This document shows positions 59,201-64,000 of a stretch of 64,000 nt of DNA, in pieces (within the stretch, counting starts at the first letter, position 1; each line of letters begins with the position of its first letter). Origin of the DNA: Schizochytrium sp. TIO01. Taxonomy: Eukaryota; Protista; Bigyra: Labyrinthulomycetes. The translations under genes were made by a program, and so were the position numbers. Location: assembly GCA_004764695.1 (NCBI GenBank), contig SMSO01000036.1:1178001-1242000 (forward strand), in the 5' to 3' direction. Under the pieces are notes generated by a model. The model saw only the letters and a list, made by a program, of their open reading frames with translations. It was not told the origin of the DNA and did not search any database.

Positions 59201-62200
59201 TCAGGTATCGTGCTACATATGAGATCTACAATGCTGTGCTGAGCATGATCACTCAAGTGCAAGCAACTGTGCGTCGTCACCAAGCTTGCCGTCATCTCAG
59301 ATTGCTCAAGCAACAAACAAAGGCAGCTATTTGCATACAGGCACAAGTTCGTGGTCATGCGCAACGCGTTTCACTTATGTATCAAATGTCTGCGGCAGTT
59401 TCTATTCAGGCACTTGGCCGTGGCTTTCTGCAACGGCGTGAGCAAATCAAGCAATCTCGTGCTGTGACCAAAATTCAAGGTTTTACTCGAGGCACTGTCC
59501 TTGTGCGCCATGGCTACCTGGGTCTGCGAAACAATGTCATTACAATGCAGGCTTTGTGTCGCGGAAGACAACAACGTAAGCGTATTCTTGCTCAGCACCA
59601 GGCAGCAACTTCTTGCCAATCAATTTGGAGGTGCCACGCAGCAACTAAGTCGTGGCAGGAGATTCGTTGTGCAGTTATCAGCTTACAGTCTCACGAGCGC
59701 AAGCGTCGATGCGTCGCAACTTACCGGTTCACTCGCGATTGTGCTATTACAATCCAACGTATCACACGGGGCTATATTGCTCGCATGGAATTTACAAAGG
59801 CTGGTAACGCATGTATTAAGATGCAGGCATTCTTCCGCATGGCGCATAGCAAGAAAGATTATCAGCGTATGATCCAAGCTGCAACCAAAATCCAGGCATG
59901 CATTCGCCAAGATCAGATTAAGAGCATGTATCGTTTTGTGCGCGAAAACATCATCCAGATCCAGGCAGCATGGCGTGGCGTTCAACTTCGTCGTGAAATA
60001 TCTCGCCAAGCCATTGCAGCGACGAAAATTCAATCTTCTTTCCGAGGGCTGCAGGCTCGTGCAAACCTTCAGATGTCTGTGCAGGCTGCGACTTGTATCC
60101 AAGCACTTGCACGTAGAAATTATGCGACGAAAGTGTATGCAACCACCCGTCGCTCAATTATCTCGATGCAAGCTATTGCTCGTGGTCACCTGATGCGTCG
60201 CGAACTGTCAATTCAGACAACACGTGCATCTCAGATTCAAGCAGCTTTTCGCGGACATATTGTCAAGACTCAGTACAAGATTGTGCGCACAAGCACAATT
60301 CAGGTTCAAGCAATGATCCGCCGCTGTCTTGCAGTTAAGGCATACCAGCACAAAATAGAAAATATCATTCAAATTCAAGCATTGGCTCGTCGTTGGTTTG
60401 TTCGCCACTCTCTGACGACTCAAGCTGCGCACGCTACGAAAATCCAAGCTGTTTTTAGAGCATTTGGAGCTCGTCAAGAGTATTTTGCAATGCGCATCTC
60501 ACTCATCAAGATCCAGGCATTTATGCGGTCTTGCCTCATGGCAAAACTTTATGCGCAAGAGAAACAGAAAATTACAGCAATTCAGGCAGTCATTCGTGGT
60601 TTTCTTGGGCGCCGCACGCAGAGTCTTCGCAATGCCTCTGCCATTCAGATTCAGGCCACCTTTCGAGGATTTTCTATTCGCACTGAATATCTCGGTGTAC
60701 GAGAGATGGTGGTACGTGTGCAGGCGTTTACCCGATCTAGCCTTGCGAGGAAGAAATATATTCTTGATGTCGAAAAAATCACAACAGCCCAAGCTGTCTC
60801 GCGGGGCTGGCTGGTACGACGTGACTTGCAGACCAAAACTAAGATGTGCATCAAGGTTCAGTCAGTGTACAGGTCGTACACTGCTCGCTGTGAGTACATG
60901 AAAGCTCGCAATGATGTCATTATGGTTCAGGCGTTCTTACGTCGATGCATCATCAAGAAGCTCTACCATGATGAGAAACAGTGTGTCATTGCCACGCAAG
61001 CTGTGATTCGTGGCTGGTTGACACGCCATAATTTGCGAAAACAATCTGAACAAGCAGCAAAGATTCAGTCAATCTACAGGTCTTACTCTGCTCGCTGTGA
61101 ATTCTTGAATGCTCGTGACAATGTTATTATGGTTCCAGGCCTTCATGCGCCGATGCATTATGAAGAAACTTTACCAAGATGAGAAACAACGCATTATTGC
61201 TACCCAAGCTGTGGCACGTGGATGGTTGATGCGTCGCACCTTGATGAAGCAATCAAAGCAAGCAACGAAGATTCAGTCCTTGTACAGGTCATATGCTGCT
61301 CGCAGCGCGTACGATAAGGTGCGCAAGGATGTAATCACAATCCAAGCCTTTTTGCGCCAGTGCATTACGAAAAAGACCTATCCACGACGAAAAGCAGCGT
61401 ATTATTCTTGCACAGGCTGCTGTTCGTGGCTGGATTGCTCGACGCTCACTTTTGCAGCAAGCCCGCAGTGCGACAAAAATGCAAGCACTTACCCGTATGT
61501 ACGCTACTCGCAACCGCTATCTCAGAATCTCTGAAGCAATTATCTCTGTACAGTCTTTCATTCGTCAATGCTTGGTTGCCAAACAGTTTGCAATGGCGCA
61601 AAAGCAGATCGTGTCTTCTCAGGCAATTGTTCGTGGCTGGTTGGCACGGCGCTCGTTGCAAACAAAATCTACGATGGCCACCAAGATTCAGTCCGTCTAC
61701 AGAATGTATTCCATCAGGGTTCAGTACGAAACTGTACGCACGTCAACCATCATAGTACAGGCATTTGCGCGTCAAGTTCTTGCAAGAAGGCAACTTCCGC
61801 AGGGCACAGCGCGCATCCATTCGCCTGCAAGCGACAGCTCGCATGTGGTCTTGCACATCTGAGTTTGCTAAAAAACGTGCCTCTGCATCAGCAATTGCAG
61901 CAACTGTTCGCACTATGCTTGCTCGTTCGCGTATGCAAAAGCTGAAGCGTGTAGCTCTCTTCACACAATCGCATACACGCCGCTTGCTTGCTATGCGTAC
62001 CTTTCAAGAAGATGTCCGCAAGGTTGTGCGTGTTCAAGCGTCAATGCGTTCATTTATTGCCCGTACAAAATATACGCAAGTGCGGCATATTACTATTCAA
62101 TTGCAGAGTTTGGTGCGTGGCCACATGACTCGTTTTGAGCTTGCTAGAAAGGCAGCCGCTGCGACAATGGTGCAGAGCTTGGTCCGAGGTGTTCAAGCAC

Positions 62201-64000
62201 GGCAAATGTGCAGCGCTAAGCTTGCATCCATTGTGAGATTGCAAGCCGCGGCACGTCGCTTCAACGCTGAGAGAATTCTTCATAAAGCACGCTCCTGTGC
62301 AGTCCAAATTCAAGCTGCTCAACGTTGCTGGAATGCTTCGCTTATGTTTGCTGAGGTTCGCCGGAGTGTTTGTATCACCCAAAGCGTTGTGCGCATGTGG
62401 TTGTGTCGTCGCAATCTTGCTCAGAAACACGACGCGAGTATTCGTATTCAGGCAGCTTGGCGTGCATCGAAGGACCAGCAGCATTTCCGTCAGGCATTGC
62501 GCAAGGTCACATCAATTCAAAGCTTTGTCCGAGGTTATCAAGTTCGTCACATTTTTGTGATCGTTCGCTCCGCTGCTATCGCATGCCAGGCTGCTACACG
62601 AATGTTCTCACAAAAGCGTGCATACCAGGCTCAGCGCGAGGCGGCTATTCATGCACAGTCTTTATACAGAGGTCACGTAGTCAGGCGCGAGATTGTTCGA
62701 ATGCAAGAGTGCGCCACGCGTATCCAAGCATGGGTGCGTGGCCAGCGTGAGCTCATTGCATACAAGAATACAATTGCTGCTGTTGTTTGCCTACAGGCTC
62801 ACATCCGCGGACGTCAATGCCGCACTTCCATGGCGCATGAAGACATCGCTGCTACGAAGGTGCAGGCGTTTGTTCGGATGACTCTTGCTCGAGCAAACTA
62901 CTATCGCTCAATTCGACAAGTTGTCATAGTTCAATCATTTGCGCGCCAGATCTTGGCATCGAAACGTGCTCATGCTCGTTTTACGAATGTTGTGAAGGTG
63001 CAGTCTGTCTGGCGCCGTGCTCTCGTAGTTCGCGCATCTGCTAAGGAGTATTATGCTGCGGTTCAAATTCAGGCTCTTGTTAGACGTGTAATGGCCCGTC
63101 GTGCTGCACGAGCGAAGCTTGCTGCTATTGTCCGAATTCAGACAATTGGTCGAATGATTGTCGCTCGCAACGCTGGGGAGCGAAAGCTTCACTTGATCGT
63201 CCAGCTTCAAGCTATGTATCGTGGCAACTGTGCACGAAGAAAGCTTGCAGGTCTTGTAGGAGGCATCGTATGCGCTCAAAGCTTGGTTCGGATGCAGCAA
63301 GCCAAGCGCAACTTTCTTGCGCAACGCGCTGCTGCGTGTAAGATTCAGCGGTTCGGGCGGAAACACTGCTTTGCACACCTGGCGCAAATTCGCTCTTACA
63401 TCAAGTTCCAGGCAGCTTATCGAGGCTGGAAGGTGCGCCAGTCCACCTCAAAGGATCTTCTTCGCATTCGCCGCAGGATCGCCGCTGCACGTGACAAGGC
63501 TACTGGTAATATGACTTTGGGAGCACGCACTACCTCCGCGCTTTCATGGTTGCTTGAAAGTAATAATCTTGGGGCAATTCGGAAAGCATGCGAAGAGCTC
63601 GAGGTGTCAACTAGATACCCTCAGACAGCAGAGCTTCTGCTCAACTCAACTGCACCAGATGTGCTCTTTGCCTTAGTGCATTCCTGCAACCGAAGTTTGC
63701 CGCATCAAAAGTTGCTAGAAATTGCTCTTCACATTCTTATTCAAGTTGCCAAACATGACCGCAAACGCAATTACGAGCGACTTTTTGCCAACAAGGCAGC
63801 AAGCGCAAGCTCCATTCTAGATCTCTTGCAAATGTTCCGAGATCAGGTACACATTTTTGCGCATGCTCTCTCACTTTTATGTTGCTTTTGCTCTGACTCT
63901 AGTCGGGCTATCAACTACATTGTTGATGACCACGAGCTTCAGAGGCGTCTGCATCAGATTGAGAACATCATGCGTCGTAAGTGTGATATCAGTAAGCAAC
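56254..64000 (+). CDS. ASPM: Abnormal spindle-like microcephaly-associated protein homologue (ASH domain, CH domains, long IQ array, C-terminal ARM/HEAT region); runs off the window; three +1 frameshifts near 61136, 61382, 61794
   Basis: ASH-like RISWKPTAAGGVRQ; EKQEKGFAAWLN; FDFRVTNLAVDLRDGLRL; VPAVSRLQKLHN; DIVDGDRRKTLALLW; dozens of IQxxxRG motifs. Final frame encodes TLGARTTSAL...LEVSTR...SCNRSLPH, typical of the ASPM C-terminus. Confidence 0.95.
60640..61760 (+). repeat. 207-nt (69-aa, three IQ motifs) higher-order tandem repeat inside ASPM
   Basis: TTCAGTC anchor recurs at 60857, 61064, 61272, 61687 (spacings 207, 208, 415). Confidence 0.8.

Noticed and set aside
46-63514. Numerous 60-185 aa ORFs overlapping the long genes
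   Set aside because: Alternative-frame or antisense by-products without motifs, except the ASPM continuation frames (61109-61534, 61452-61862), which are merged into that gene.
37082-64000. Functional microtubule gene cluster (dynein + ASPM)
   Set aside because: Separated by an unrelated mannosidase; adjacency alone is not evidence.

Overview
Eukaryotic, intron-poor, gene-dense DNA from a flagellated protist. A thraustochytrid/labyrinthulomycete-type stramenopile is my inference from gene content and style, not something the sequence proves. Core genes: a 5'-truncated helical protein (possibly MMS22/Mus7-like); an SCP2-FYVE-ABC1 kinase-beta-lactamase-fold fusion; a Cys-rich/multi-TM/LRR receptor-like protein; a putatively secreted 2OG-Fe(II) oxygenase; a SnoaL/NTF2 protein; an atypical DHHC (DHMC) palmitoyltransferase; MIC10; V-ATPase subunit C; a two-exon rhodanese; an inner-arm dynein heavy chain with an N-terminal HU-CCDC81-like region; a GH47 alpha-1,2-mannosidase; and ASPM, which runs off the right end. 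Dynein and ASPM are broken by five +1 frameshifts, most likely assembly errors. The main accessory feature is an ~8.5 kb island (about 10030-18560). It is edged and punctuated by three related non-autonomous elements with Helitron2/Helentron (HINE/DINE-1-like) terminal architecture and a shared TCTGAAGTGC core. The island holds one intact orphan P-loop ATPase, decayed ORFs and a LINE RT remnant. All calls come from reading motifs by eye; no database searches were run.
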